From: Minisyncoccota bacterium | GTDB lineage: Bacteria > Patescibacteriota > Minisyncoccia > Phycocordibacterales > UBA6065 | Length of the DNA stretch: 64,000 nt | Assembly: GCA_041661645.1 (NCBI GenBank) | Contig: JBAZUA010000005.1 | Location: 14,829-78,828 of the forward strand | Direction of reading: 5' to 3' | Part shown: positions 53,644 through 61,957 of the stretch, in pieces | How positions within the stretch are numbered: the stretch's first letter is position 1 | Layout of the letters: the number at the start of each line of letters is the position of its first letter | The notes under the pieces: model-generated | Database searches by the model: none | The model's input: the letters and a program-made list of their open reading frames with translations, nothing else | Told to the model about the DNA's origin: nothing | Program-made: the position numbers and the translations under genes

Positions 53644-55635
53644 ATGAAATTCAAAGACATACTAAGCAAAGCAAAGGGATACGTCTTCAACAGCGAGGAC
53701 GGCCGCGGCGACAAGTACGCTCTCTATCGCTCCATGGGCAGGGCGAATTTCGGGGACGGCAAGAATCAGACCAAGCTCCTCAGCTACAACGACATCTCGC
53801 TCTACGTTAACAGGGCAGTGGACAAGCGCGCCGAGAAGGTGAGCGAGGTCGAGTTCGTTCTCAAGGACTCGAAGGGCAAGGTGGTCGAGCGCAACTGGGT
53901 GATTGACCTCCTCAACAAGCCGAACGACATGCACACCGGCAAGCAGTTCTGGAAGCTCTTCCAGAAGCACTATGACATCACCGGCAACGCCTTCATCCAC
54001 CTCGAGCGCGACGGCGAGCTCTTCTCGAAGAACCCGGTTAAGTCGATGCACCTCCTCACGCCGAACCTCGTGACAGTGAAGTTCAACCCGGAGGGAACGG
54101 AGATCACCGGGTACGACTACGCATCGCCGACCGGCATCATTTCATACACGACCGATGAGGTCATTTACGCTTTCAACCCGGACCCTAGCTGCCCTCTCCG
54201 CGGCGAATCCCTCCTGCGCTCGGGAGTCCGCGCCATCGAGACCGAGATCACCCTCGCCGAATACCACGCTCGCGTCCTTCAGAACGGAGGCAAGGTGGAC
54301 GGCGTGTTCAAGTTCAAGACCCCTCTTAACAAGCAGCAGATCAAGGAGATGAAGGAGGCCTACATCGAGGAGCGCGCCGGCGCTGCAAAGGCGGACATCC
54401 CTCTCTTCCTCGGCGGCGAGGCTGACTACATCAGGCTCGGCCTCAACCCTGAAGAGCTCTCTTACCTCGAGAGCAAGGTATCGACCATCAAGGACATCAC
54501 GGCGCTCACCGGCGTCCCTCTCGCGCTCCTTGGCGTGACGCAGCAGGAGACCTTCGCCAACGCTGACGCGGCGATCGGCGTATTCCTCCGCGAGACCATC
54601 AAGCCACTCATCATCAACCTCGTATCGCTCCTCGACTGGCGTCTCGTGCCGGAGGAGTTCGAGCTCGACTATGTGGACCCGACCCCTGAAGACGTTGACC
54701 GCAAGATAAAGCTCGCCACGGCGGCGTACGGGACCGACTCATCGACCATCAACGAGCGCAGGTCAATGCTCGGCCTCGAGCCATCGACGGAAAAGGAGGC
54801 GGACATGCTCTTCGTGTCGTTCACCAAGACCCCTATCGGATCGGAGCCTGCAGCGCCGGCAGAGAAGTCCATCATGACCAAGGCGGGCAAGGCGATGAAG
54901 CACCCGCTCCAGGACCCGGAGTTCCGAAAGATGTACGGCGACGTTCAGCTCAAGCGCTTCGACAGCAGGCAGTCGCGCATGCTGAAGGACGTCCAGGCCT
55001 ACTTCAAGTCGCAGAAGCTCCGCATCATCGACTCGCTCGGTGGCCTCAAGCAGTTCAAAAAGAAGGGCTTACTCGACGAGATCTTCGACACCTCCCTCGA
55101 GGTCAAGATCGCGCGCGATTCCGTGCTGCCTCTTCTTCGACAGTTCCTCGCTGAAGCCGGCAAGGACGCGACCGAGATGCTCGACTATGATTTCGACTTC
55201 ACCGTCACCTCGAGCATAGAGAGGTGGATAGACGACAGGGTGAACGTGTTCGCCCACGAGATCAACAAGACGACCTTCGGGAAGCTCCAGGACCAGTTCT
55301 CGGAGTCGTTCGAGGCGGGAGAGACCAGGCAGCAGCTCATAAGCCGCATAGAGGGCGTATACGATGGCTTTAACGACGTGCGCGCGAGGACCATCGCCCG
55401 CACCGAGGTCCACGGGGCGATGCAGAAGGGAACCGTCGAGGGCTACCGCCAGGCGGGAAGCCCGATCAAGATCTGGGTGTGGGCATCCGGCGTGAAGGGC
55501 GGCGTCCGGGAGGAGCATGCGGCGATGGACGGTCAGGAGCGCCCGATCGACATGCCTTTCTCGAACGGGCTCATGTGGCCGGGCGACCCGTCGGGAGATC
55601 CGGGCGAGACGGTGAACTGCGAGTGCACGATCTGA
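53644..55635 (+). CDS. HK97-family portal fused to Mu gpF/SPP1 gp7-like head morphogenesis domain
   Basis: LLNKPN, TGNAF, GVP..LLG, TINERR; C-terminal ARTIARTEV, VREEHAAMDG, PGDP..VNCECT. Confidence 0.88.
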   Translation: MKFKDILSKAKGYVFNSEDGRGDKYALYRSMGRANFGDGKNQTKLLSYNDISLYVNRAVDKRAEKVSEVEFVLKDSKGKVVERNWVIDLLNKPNDMHTGKQFWKLFQKHYDITGNAFIHLERDGELFSKNPVKSMHLLTPNLVTVKFNPEGTEITGYDYASPTGIISYTTDEVIYAFNPDPSCPLRGESLLRSGVRAIETEITLAEYHARVLQNGGKVDGVFKFKTPLNKQQIKEMKEAYIEERAGAAKADIPLFLGGEADYIRLGLNPEELSYLESKVSTIKDITALTGVPLALLGVTQQETFANADAAIGVFLRETIKPLIINLVSLLDWRLVPEEFELDYVDPTPEDVDRKIKLATAAYGTDSSTINERRSMLGLEPSTEKEADMLFVSFTKTPIGSEPAAPAEKSIMTKAGKAMKHPLQDPEFRKMYGDVQLKRFDSRQSRMLKDVQAYFKSQKLRIIDSLGGLKQFKKKGLLDEIFDTSLEVKIARDSVLPLLRQFLAEAGKDATEMLDYDFDFTVTSSIERWIDDRVNVFAHEINKTTFGKLQDQFSESFEAGETRQQLISRIEGVYDGFNDVRARTIARTEVHGAMQKGTVEGYRQAGSPIKIWVWASGVKGGVREEHAAMDGQERPIDMPFSNGLMWPGDPSGDPGETVNCECTI

Positions 55636-55655
55636 TTTGTTGCTTTGTCCGGGCG

Positions 55656-55739
55656 TGGTATAATTATCTTAACAATCGAATAAATTACCCGTAGTGAACT
55701 ACACATGGGCATCTCGCAAGAGGTGCCCATTTTATATTT
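55656..55739 (+). promoter_or_regulatory. Late leader copy 2
   Basis: TGGTATAAT; CCCGT-A-GTG-AACTA-CAC-ATGGG; ATGGGCATCTC-GCAA-GAGGTGCCCAT + TTTATATTT. Confidence 0.8.
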
Positions 55740-56495
55740 ATGAAAAAGAAATTCCTTTCAATCGAACACAAGAGCCTCAGCGACTTCGGAGTCGTTAACT
55801 TTAAGGAGCTCTGGGAGAAGGCAAAGAGCGAGGGCTTCGAGGGGATTTCCGTGTGCGTGCTCTCCACGTTCACCAAGACGGCCGACTCGGACGTCTTCCA
55901 CGCCATCTTCTCGTCTTCGAACGAGGACAGGCATGGCGACATAGTGCAGCAGGTCTTCGACCTCAAGGGCTTCATGCGAAACCCGGTATTCCTCGACAGC
56001 CACAACTACGACTCGATCGAGCACATCATCGGCAAGATCGTCTCCATCGGCGTCACCGAGGGCAAGCTCCAGGGCGACATCGAGTTCGCTCTCGACAATC
56101 CGAAGGGCGTGCTTGCGCGCAACCTCGCGGAGAAGGGCTTCCTCAACACCACGTCCATCGGCTTCATCCCGAAGGTATTCAACGACGAGGGGCACATCCT
56201 CGAATCCGAGCTCCTCGAGATCTCGGCCGTATCGGTCCCTGCCAACAAGGACGCGACCTTCGAGAAGAAGGCAGAGGCACCGGAGAAGAAGGAGGTCGCA
56301 GCGGAGCCCGTAGTCGAGCCTAAGAAGGTGAACGCGAAGGCGATCGCCGTGAAGGCAACCGCCGATCTCGCCGGCGAGAGGACGCAGCTCCTCAAGAGCC
56401 TCGCGAAGAACGTGAGGGAGCTCGTGGAGGACGGCAAGAAGGAGCGATCAAGGAAGATCTACCAGATCGTCCGCGAGCTCGCAGAAAAAAACTAA
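55740..56495 (+). CDS. HK97-type prohead protease
   Basis: DRHGDIV, NPVFLDSH, SIGF, ELLEISAVSVPAN. Confidence 0.9.
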   Translation: MKKKFLSIEHKSLSDFGVVNFKELWEKAKSEGFEGISVCVLSTFTKTADSDVFHAIFSSSNEDRHGDIVQQVFDLKGFMRNPVFLDSHNYDSIEHIIGKIVSIGVTEGKLQGDIEFALDNPKGVLARNLAEKGFLNTTSIGFIPKVFNDEGHILESELLEISAVSVPANKDATFEKKAEAPEKKEVAAEPVVEPKKVNAKAIAVKATADLAGERTQLLKSLAKNVRELVEDGKKERSRKIYQIVRELAEKN

Positions 56496-56587
56496 ACATT
56501 TCAAAAGACCAGATAGCGGCACTCATATCCCCTGTGCCGCACTCGCGCAAGCGATGGGCTGAAATTATAAGTTAGTTTTATACGTTT

Positions 56588-57967
56588 ATGTTTAAGCTTT
56601 ACAAGCTCATAAAGTCCCTGATGGCTCAGGGTTTTGCTACCGCAGAGCAGAAGGCACAGGTTGCGGCGCTCTACAAGGAATTGGAGGGCGAGGAGAAGGA
56701 GGCTGCTAAGGACGAGGTTGAGGCTGCTAACAAGCTTCCTGAGACCGATCCGAAGGCGACCGACGACGAGAAGGAACTCGAGAAGAACATCAAGTCCCTC
56801 GTCAAGAAGGCAGTCAAGGATGAGACCGCGGAAGGTTTCACCAAGGCCGTCGAAGGCATCAAGTCTGAGTTCAAGGCATGGGCCGAGAAGCAGATGGAGG
56901 CGATGAAGAAGCAGGCCGGTAACTTCCACCCTGACGTTCAGGCGAAGAGGAAGGGCTTCAGCTCGTACCTCCGCAAGTTCGCTACGGCGCTCGTCAGCAA
57001 TGACGCTGTCGCTCTCAAGGAACTCACCACCAGCGCAGCAGGCACTCCGTTCGGAGGCTATGTAGTCGATGGCGAGCTCTCCGCTGAGATCCGACACCTC
57101 GTCACTGAGTACGGTGTCGCTCGTCGCGAGATGATGACCGTTCAGTTGACCAAGCACTCGTACGAGGCGAACGCTCTCGTCACGGATGTCACGGTAGCGT
57201 GGGCAGACGAGGCCGCGGCTATCGGATCGACGCAGGTTGTATTGGGCCAGGAATCCCTCGAGCTCAAGAAGCTCGCGGCTATCGTTACCCTCACTCGTGA
57301 GCTCCTCGAGGACGAAGAGATTGACCTCTTTGCCTTCATCGCGGCTCGCGTTGCTGAAGGTTTCGCACGCAAGGAGGACGCGGCGTTCTTCACGGGCGAA
57401 GGATCGGGCGACACTGCGAACGGCGAGTTCACGGGTCTCCTCTTCAACGCTGACGTCACGCCGGTCACTATCCCTGTGCGCGGCTCGCTCAACGGCCAGT
57501 CGTTCACTCACATGACCGCTGACGATCTCCTCGCTATGCAGGATGCAGTGCCTCAGGCTGTCGCATCGAAGGGCAAGTACTTCATGCACCGCTCTGTCCG
57601 CAGCATCGTCCGCAGGCTCAAGGACAACGAGAACCAGTACATCTACCAGGCTCCTTCCGAGAACGGTCCTGCGACCATCTGGGGAAGGCCAGTCGTCGAG
57701 GTCGAAGTCATGCCTTCGTCCACCGACACCGCTGCTGACACTCCATTCGTAATCTACGGCGACCTCAAGGTTGCTTCGATCCTCGGATACAAGGGTGGCA
57801 TCTCGGCTGATAGGTTCAACGCCGGTACGGTAAGGAATGTCGCCGGAAACGCTGACATCAACCTCATCACTACCGACCGCGAGGCTATCCGATGGGTTGA
57901 GCGAGTTGGTGCGATCACCATCCTCCCTTCGTCGGTAGCTGTCCTCAGCACCGCGTCAGGCTCTTAA
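56588..57967 (+). CDS. HK97-fold major capsid protein with N-terminal delta domain
   Basis: Coiled-coil N-terminus; GGYVV, ELLED, LKD..QY, TIWGRPV, YGD. Confidence 0.92.
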   Translation: MFKLYKLIKSLMAQGFATAEQKAQVAALYKELEGEEKEAAKDEVEAANKLPETDPKATDDEKELEKNIKSLVKKAVKDETAEGFTKAVEGIKSEFKAWAEKQMEAMKKQAGNFHPDVQAKRKGFSSYLRKFATALVSNDAVALKELTTSAAGTPFGGYVVDGELSAEIRHLVTEYGVARREMMTVQLTKHSYEANALVTDVTVAWADEAAAIGSTQVVLGQESLELKKLAAIVTLTRELLEDEEIDLFAFIAARVAEGFARKEDAAFFTGEGSGDTANGEFTGLLFNADVTPVTIPVRGSLNGQSFTHMTADDLLAMQDAVPQAVASKGKYFMHRSVRSIVRRLKDNENQYIYQAPSENGPATIWGRPVVEVEVMPSSTDTAADTPFVIYGDLKVASILGYKGGISADRFNAGTVRNVAGNADINLITTDREAIRWVERVGAITILPSSVAVLSTASGS

Positions 57968-58028
57968 TCCCTAGCGGATTGAACTGATACTTTGGCCCTT
58001 TAGGGGGCCAAGGCTAACAGCTCAAACC

Positions 58029-58169
58029 ATGAAAAACAAATTCATCTACAAGAACAAGAAGACCGGCCAGAAGGTCTATTCGGACAAGCCTCTCAACGAC
58101 AAGGATCTCGTGCTCGTTAAGCAGGTCCGGGACGGCCGGATGAAGGGCAACGAGGTAACGCAGAAATAA
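58029..58169 (+). CDS. Small phage protein (46 aa)
   Basis: Hand translation MKNKFIYKNKKTGQKVYSDKPL...; between capsid and connector genes. Confidence 0.55.
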   Translation: MKNKFIYKNKKTGQKVYSDKPLNDKDLVLVKQVRDGRMKGNEVTQK

Positions 58170-58171
58170 CC

Positions 58172-58771
58172 ATGAGGAAATACACCACAGCGGAAAAGAT
58201 AGGCGACTACATGCTGATCGACATCGACCCGACCTTCGAGGACAAGGTTGACGGGTGGATCGAGGGCGTCTCTCGCATGCTCGACCAGGCGGCGAACAGG
58301 AAGCTCGTGGCCGAAGAGGCGGGCGAGGGCGAGGAAGACGCATCGCTCGAGGACAAGTACTTCGACGGCAACGGCCAGCGCTTCCTCACGATCGACGACT
58401 GCGTGGAGGTGGAGGAGGTGGCGATCGGAGACATCAACGGCGATAACGAGGAGGAGACCGAGGACTACCTCACATACCCTCGAATCGCCCCTATACGCCG
58501 CTTGATCCTCAAAGGCGGGGTTTTCTCCGCAGGCGTGCAGAACGTGCGCGTAAAGGCGCGCTGGGGCCTATTCGCCGACGTTCCGAAGGACATAGAGCTC
58601 GCGTGCACCATCATCGTCGCAGGCGTCATCAACGCATCGACGCCGGGCAAGCAGGCGATCAAGTCCGAGAGCATCGGAAACTACCAGGTCGCCTATACGG
58701 ACGAGAAGGGCATCGCGGACTTCGATCGCGCGAAGTCGATCATAGACACCTATCGAAAACATGATTTCTGA
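58172..58771 (+). CDS. Head-tail adaptor/connector
   Basis: Position; VP.DIELAC, SESIGNYQVAY. Confidence 0.75.
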   Translation: MRKYTTAEKIGDYMLIDIDPTFEDKVDGWIEGVSRMLDQAANRKLVAEEAGEGEEDASLEDKYFDGNGQRFLTIDDCVEVEEVAIGDINGDNEEETEDYLTYPRIAPIRRLILKGGVFSAGVQNVRVKARWGLFADVPKDIELACTIIVAGVINASTPGKQAIKSESIGNYQVAYTDEKGIADFDRAKSIIDTYRKHDF

Positions 58772-59090
58772 TTTCTACAAAACCCTGTTCGTGGTGAAGC
58801 GATCGGTCTGGACCACAGACGGATCTGACAATCCGTACTCGGAGGAGCAGGAAGTCGGCCAGTTCATGGGTCACATTCAGCAGGCGGCCCCCGAGCTCGT
58901 GCAGAGCCTTGGCCTGTCCCTCACGAAGTCGTTCTCGATTTGGTGCCCGGTAGACACGGACGTCCGCGAGGGCGACTCGCTCACGAGCGTCCAGGGAGTC
59001 TACTCTGTCCGGGCGGTTCAGCAGAACGCGGTCGGCAGCAACAAGCACCTGCAGCTCGTCGTCATGCTCGATCAGATAAGCGGATCATAA
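58761..59090 (+). CDS. Head closure protein
   Basis: Position; DVREGD..., Y.V..V, HLQL. Confidence 0.65.
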   Translation: MISDFYKTLFVVKRSVWTTDGSDNPYSEEQEVGQFMGHIQQAAPELVQSLGLSLTKSFSIWCPVDTDVREGDSLTSVQGVYSVRAVQQNAVGSNKHLQLVVMLDQISGS

Positions 59091-59096
59091 AAACCC

Positions 59097-59522
59097 ATGT
59101 CAACAGGCTTCACCATCGACAGCAGGGGATTCAGGGAGCTTCAGGCGGCGGCGAAGAGGAACCCGGAGAAGGTCAAATCGGAAGTCGGCAAATTCCTGCA
59201 GAGGGGAATGGCCGCTTACAAGAGGGTCATCTTCAATAGCCCCTGGCGCGTAGGCGGATCGGGAGGCGGCGCGCCGGTGGCACAGGCCGAGTCCGGCGGA
59301 AACCTGAGGCAGACCCACATGACCGAGATCCAGGCGTGGCAGGCGCGGGTTTTCCCGACCGCGCCGTACGCGCCGTACGTTCACGGCATCGAGGGATATC
59401 CGCGCAAGCGCAGCTATCAGCTCAGGCCGTGGCTCGACTATGCCGCAGAGAAGTCCGCGGGCGAAATCGAGAAGCTCCAGGACGAGATGATCGGGAACAT
59501 AGTAGGTGATCTAGCAAAATAA
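59097..59522 (+). CDS. HK97 gp10-like tail completion protein
   Basis: APV...G.LR, YAPYVHG, RPWL..A. Confidence 0.7.
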   Translation: MSTGFTIDSRGFRELQAAAKRNPEKVKSEVGKFLQRGMAAYKRVIFNSPWRVGGSGGGAPVAQAESGGNLRQTHMTEIQAWQARVFPTAPYAPYVHGIEGYPRKRSYQLRPWLDYAAEKSAGEIEKLQDEMIGNIVGDLAK

Positions 59523-59533
59523 ATTATACACAC

Positions 59534-59956
59534 ATGCAACAGGCGATACTTCAAAAAATAAAAGAGATCCTCCAGGGCATAACCGCCATCAAAGAGATCT
59601 ACGACTACCCGCTCGACGGCAACCCGAAGAAGTTTCCGGCGGCGATATTCTATTTCGACAGCTTCGACAACTCTTTCGAGACGGTCCGCGACAACTTCAT
59701 CGTGCTCCGCTTCAAGCTCTTCCTCGTGGTCAATCTCTCCGGGACGACTGAGGCCGAGGTATACCAGTCGATCATGCCGAAGCTCATGGATGCGGTCGTG
59801 CCCGCGATAAACTCGGCCTGGAACATGGGCGACGTCGAGGGGCAGCGCGCATGGGGCCTGCTTACCGGAGGAAACGTCACCCTGAGCGTCGAGCAGCAGG
59901 CGAAGCAGGCGACGGCCGACCTGACGATCCAGGTCAAGCTTTCCACTTCCGTATAG
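59534..59956 (+). CDS. Tail terminator-like protein
   Basis: Position before the tail tube gene; FPA motif; size. Confidence 0.6.
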   Translation: MQQAILQKIKEILQGITAIKEIYDYPLDGNPKKFPAAIFYFDSFDNSFETVRDNFIVLRFKLFLVVNLSGTTEAEVYQSIMPKLMDAVVPAINSAWNMGDVEGQRAWGLLTGGNVTLSVEQQAKQATADLTIQVKLSTSV

Positions 59957-59961
59957 GGTTG

Positions 59962-60048
59962 TGGTATAATAGAGCTACAATTTAATAGCAATCCGCAGGA
60001 AAAGATCCGTGGACTCATTCTCGAAGGAGATGGGTCCATTTTTCGTTT
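59962..60048 (+). promoter_or_regulatory. Late leader copy 3
   Basis: TGGTATAAT; TCCGC-A-GGA-AAAGA-TCC-GTGGA; GTGGACTCAT.CTC-GAAG-GAGATGGGTCCAT + TTTT. Confidence 0.8.
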
Positions 60049-60061
60049 AACAATAAAATTT

Positions 60062-61042
60062 ATGAATTACGTAGGAAGGCAAAAGCTCGTCGGTCTCGCG
60101 CTCGAAGCAACGCGCGGCGTCGCCGAATCAGTGGCAGCAAAATGGCTGAAGCATGTCGATAACGACATCTATCCTCGCGTCACCAAGGTGGTGGACGACA
60201 GCCATTTCGGAGTTCTCGAGGACTCGCAGGGATCGAGGGTCGTTCAGAAGTGGCTCGAGGGAACGATCAACGGCATCGTGCACGCGGATTCTATCGGCTA
60301 CCTGCTCGCGAACATCTACGGATCGGTCGCGACCGAGGCGCTCGGCGATGGCGTATACGAGCACACGTTCGACCTCCTGCAGAACATCGAGCACCCGACG
60401 CTCTCGATCTTCGTCCATGACTCTGACGTGGACAAGTCCGTCATCAACTGCGGCGTCATCAGCTCCCTCGAGCTCAGCGCCTCAGTGGACGACTACCTCC
60501 GCTTCACCGCGGGCATCGTCGCGAAGGAGAAGGCAGCGAACTCAGACACGCCTTCGTTCGACGCGGAGAACGACTTCATCGGCCGAGACGTCTCCATCCA
60601 GCTCGCCGACACCCTCGAAGGCCTGGACGCAGCTCCTGTCATCAAGGCGAAGAACTTCACGATCTCGAAGGACCCTGGCGTCGTTCGCGACCACGTGCTC
60701 GGATCGCAGGTAGCCGACGGCATCTATAACTCGAAGATGGCGATCGAGGGCAACTTCGTCATCAACCACAACGGCACGACCTACGAAGCGCTCCTCACCG
60801 GAGACACCGCGAAGTTCATGAAGGTGACTATCGAAAGCGCCGCGGTCATCGGTTCCGATGATCATCCTTCGCTCACCTACGTCTTCCACAAGATCCAGGT
60901 CCAGGACAGGAGCAGGATCGGAGGCAACGACGAGCTCGTCACCGAGGAGGTCGGATTCAAGGCTTTCTACAACCAGACGACCGGCAAGGCAAGCACGGCG
61001 ATCCTCGTAAACAAAACGGCTAGCTACGCAACTGGCAGCTAG
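60062..61042 (+). CDS. Major tail tube protein
   Basis: GLALEATRG N-terminus, YEHTF, beta-rich; position. Confidence 0.78.
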   Translation: MNYVGRQKLVGLALEATRGVAESVAAKWLKHVDNDIYPRVTKVVDDSHFGVLEDSQGSRVVQKWLEGTINGIVHADSIGYLLANIYGSVATEALGDGVYEHTFDLLQNIEHPTLSIFVHDSDVDKSVINCGVISSLELSASVDDYLRFTAGIVAKEKAANSDTPSFDAENDFIGRDVSIQLADTLEGLDAAPVIKAKNFTISKDPGVVRDHVLGSQVADGIYNSKMAIEGNFVINHNGTTYEALLTGDTAKFMKVTIESAAVIGSDDHPSLTYVFHKIQVQDRSRIGGNDELVTEEVGFKAFYNQTTGKASTAILVNKTASYATGS

Positions 61043-61078
61043 TCCGTTCGTCCGGGACGACGTAAAACTAAGTTCTTT

Positions 61079-61420
61079 CTAACCCGTCACGACAGCGAGC
61101 ACGATCACGAGGGCGACGATGAGGGCAAATGCGATCGGCACGGCTATGAGCACCCTCTTCCACTTGAGCATAGGCTCAGCGTTATCGAGAGCCGAGAGGT
61201 TCACGCCAGGAGTTCCCGGAAGGGAATACTTCGCGGCAAAGACCTCGTTCGACATGCTCGCGTAGCGCACGAAGTCGATCAGTGCGAGCAGGGCGGGAAT
61301 CAGCGTCCACGAGAACACGAGGTAAAGCACCCCGGCCGTGACCTGATTGAGATAGAACTTATGAACGCCGAGTCCTCCGAGGAAAAGGGCGAGTACCGCT
61401 GCAATCCCGCGCTGCTTCAT
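61079..61420 (-). CDS. TM2/NINE domain membrane protein (moron)
   Basis: AVLALFLGGLGVHKFYLNQ..G.LYLVFSWT.IP. Confidence 0.85.
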   Translation of the reverse strand: MKQRGIAAVLALFLGGLGVHKFYLNQVTAGVLYLVFSWTLIPALLALIDFVRYASMSNEVFAAKYSLPGTPGVNLSALDNAEPMLKWKRVLIAVPIAFALIVALVIVLAVVTG

Positions 61421-61463
61421 AACAAGTTTGATTAGCCTTTAATAAGAAGATATTACAAAAACC

Positions 61464-61766
61464 ATGCAAATAGTCAAATTGTCAAATAGCGAGGTCGAGA
61501 TCAAGAAGTCTCTCACCCTGGGAGAGTTCAACCGCGTTCAGATCGCCCTCAACGGCGACGGTCCCGTATCGGCGGCCGGATGGACGGCTAAAAACCTCAT
61601 CGAAGGCCAGACCGTCCTGCTCAGCATCGTGATCAAGAAGATCAAGGAGGGGGACAAGGAGGTCGCGTTCAGCAGGGAATGGCTCGACGCCCTTTCCTTG
61701 GCGGACGGATCTGTGCTTCTCGATGTGGCGCAGGAGATCATTGTCGAAGCGAATAAAAAAAAATAA
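61464..61766 (+). CDS. Tail assembly chaperone (gpG-like)
   Basis: Between tail tube and tape measure genes; ends in an A9 slippery run. Confidence 0.75.
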   Translation: MQIVKLSNSEVEIKKSLTLGEFNRVQIALNGDGPVSAAGWTAKNLIEGQTVLLSIVIKKIKEGDKEVAFSREWLDALSLADGSVLLDVAQEIIVEANKKK

Positions 61767-61948
61767 TCCCCGGGCTCCGGTTTCAGCTTGAGGGTAAGGC
61801 GGCTCCATGCGACTACGTTGTGATGGAAATGCTCTCAGACAGATATGGCTGGACGCCGGACGAGATCAAGGAGATGTCGCTCGAGGACCTGTCGAGCTAC
61901 ATGGCGATCATCTCGGAGAAGAACAGGATCAAGAATCGTAAAAAATAG
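61763..61948 (+). CDS. -1 frameshift extension of tail chaperone (gpT-like)
   Basis: The -1 frame is open from the A run: IIPGLRFQ...RYGWTPDEIKEMSL... Confidence 0.75.
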   Translation: MIPGLRFQLEGKAAPCDYVVMEMLSDRYGWTPDEIKEMSLEDLSSYMAIISEKNRIKNRKK

Positions 61949-61957
61949 AACACCTAT

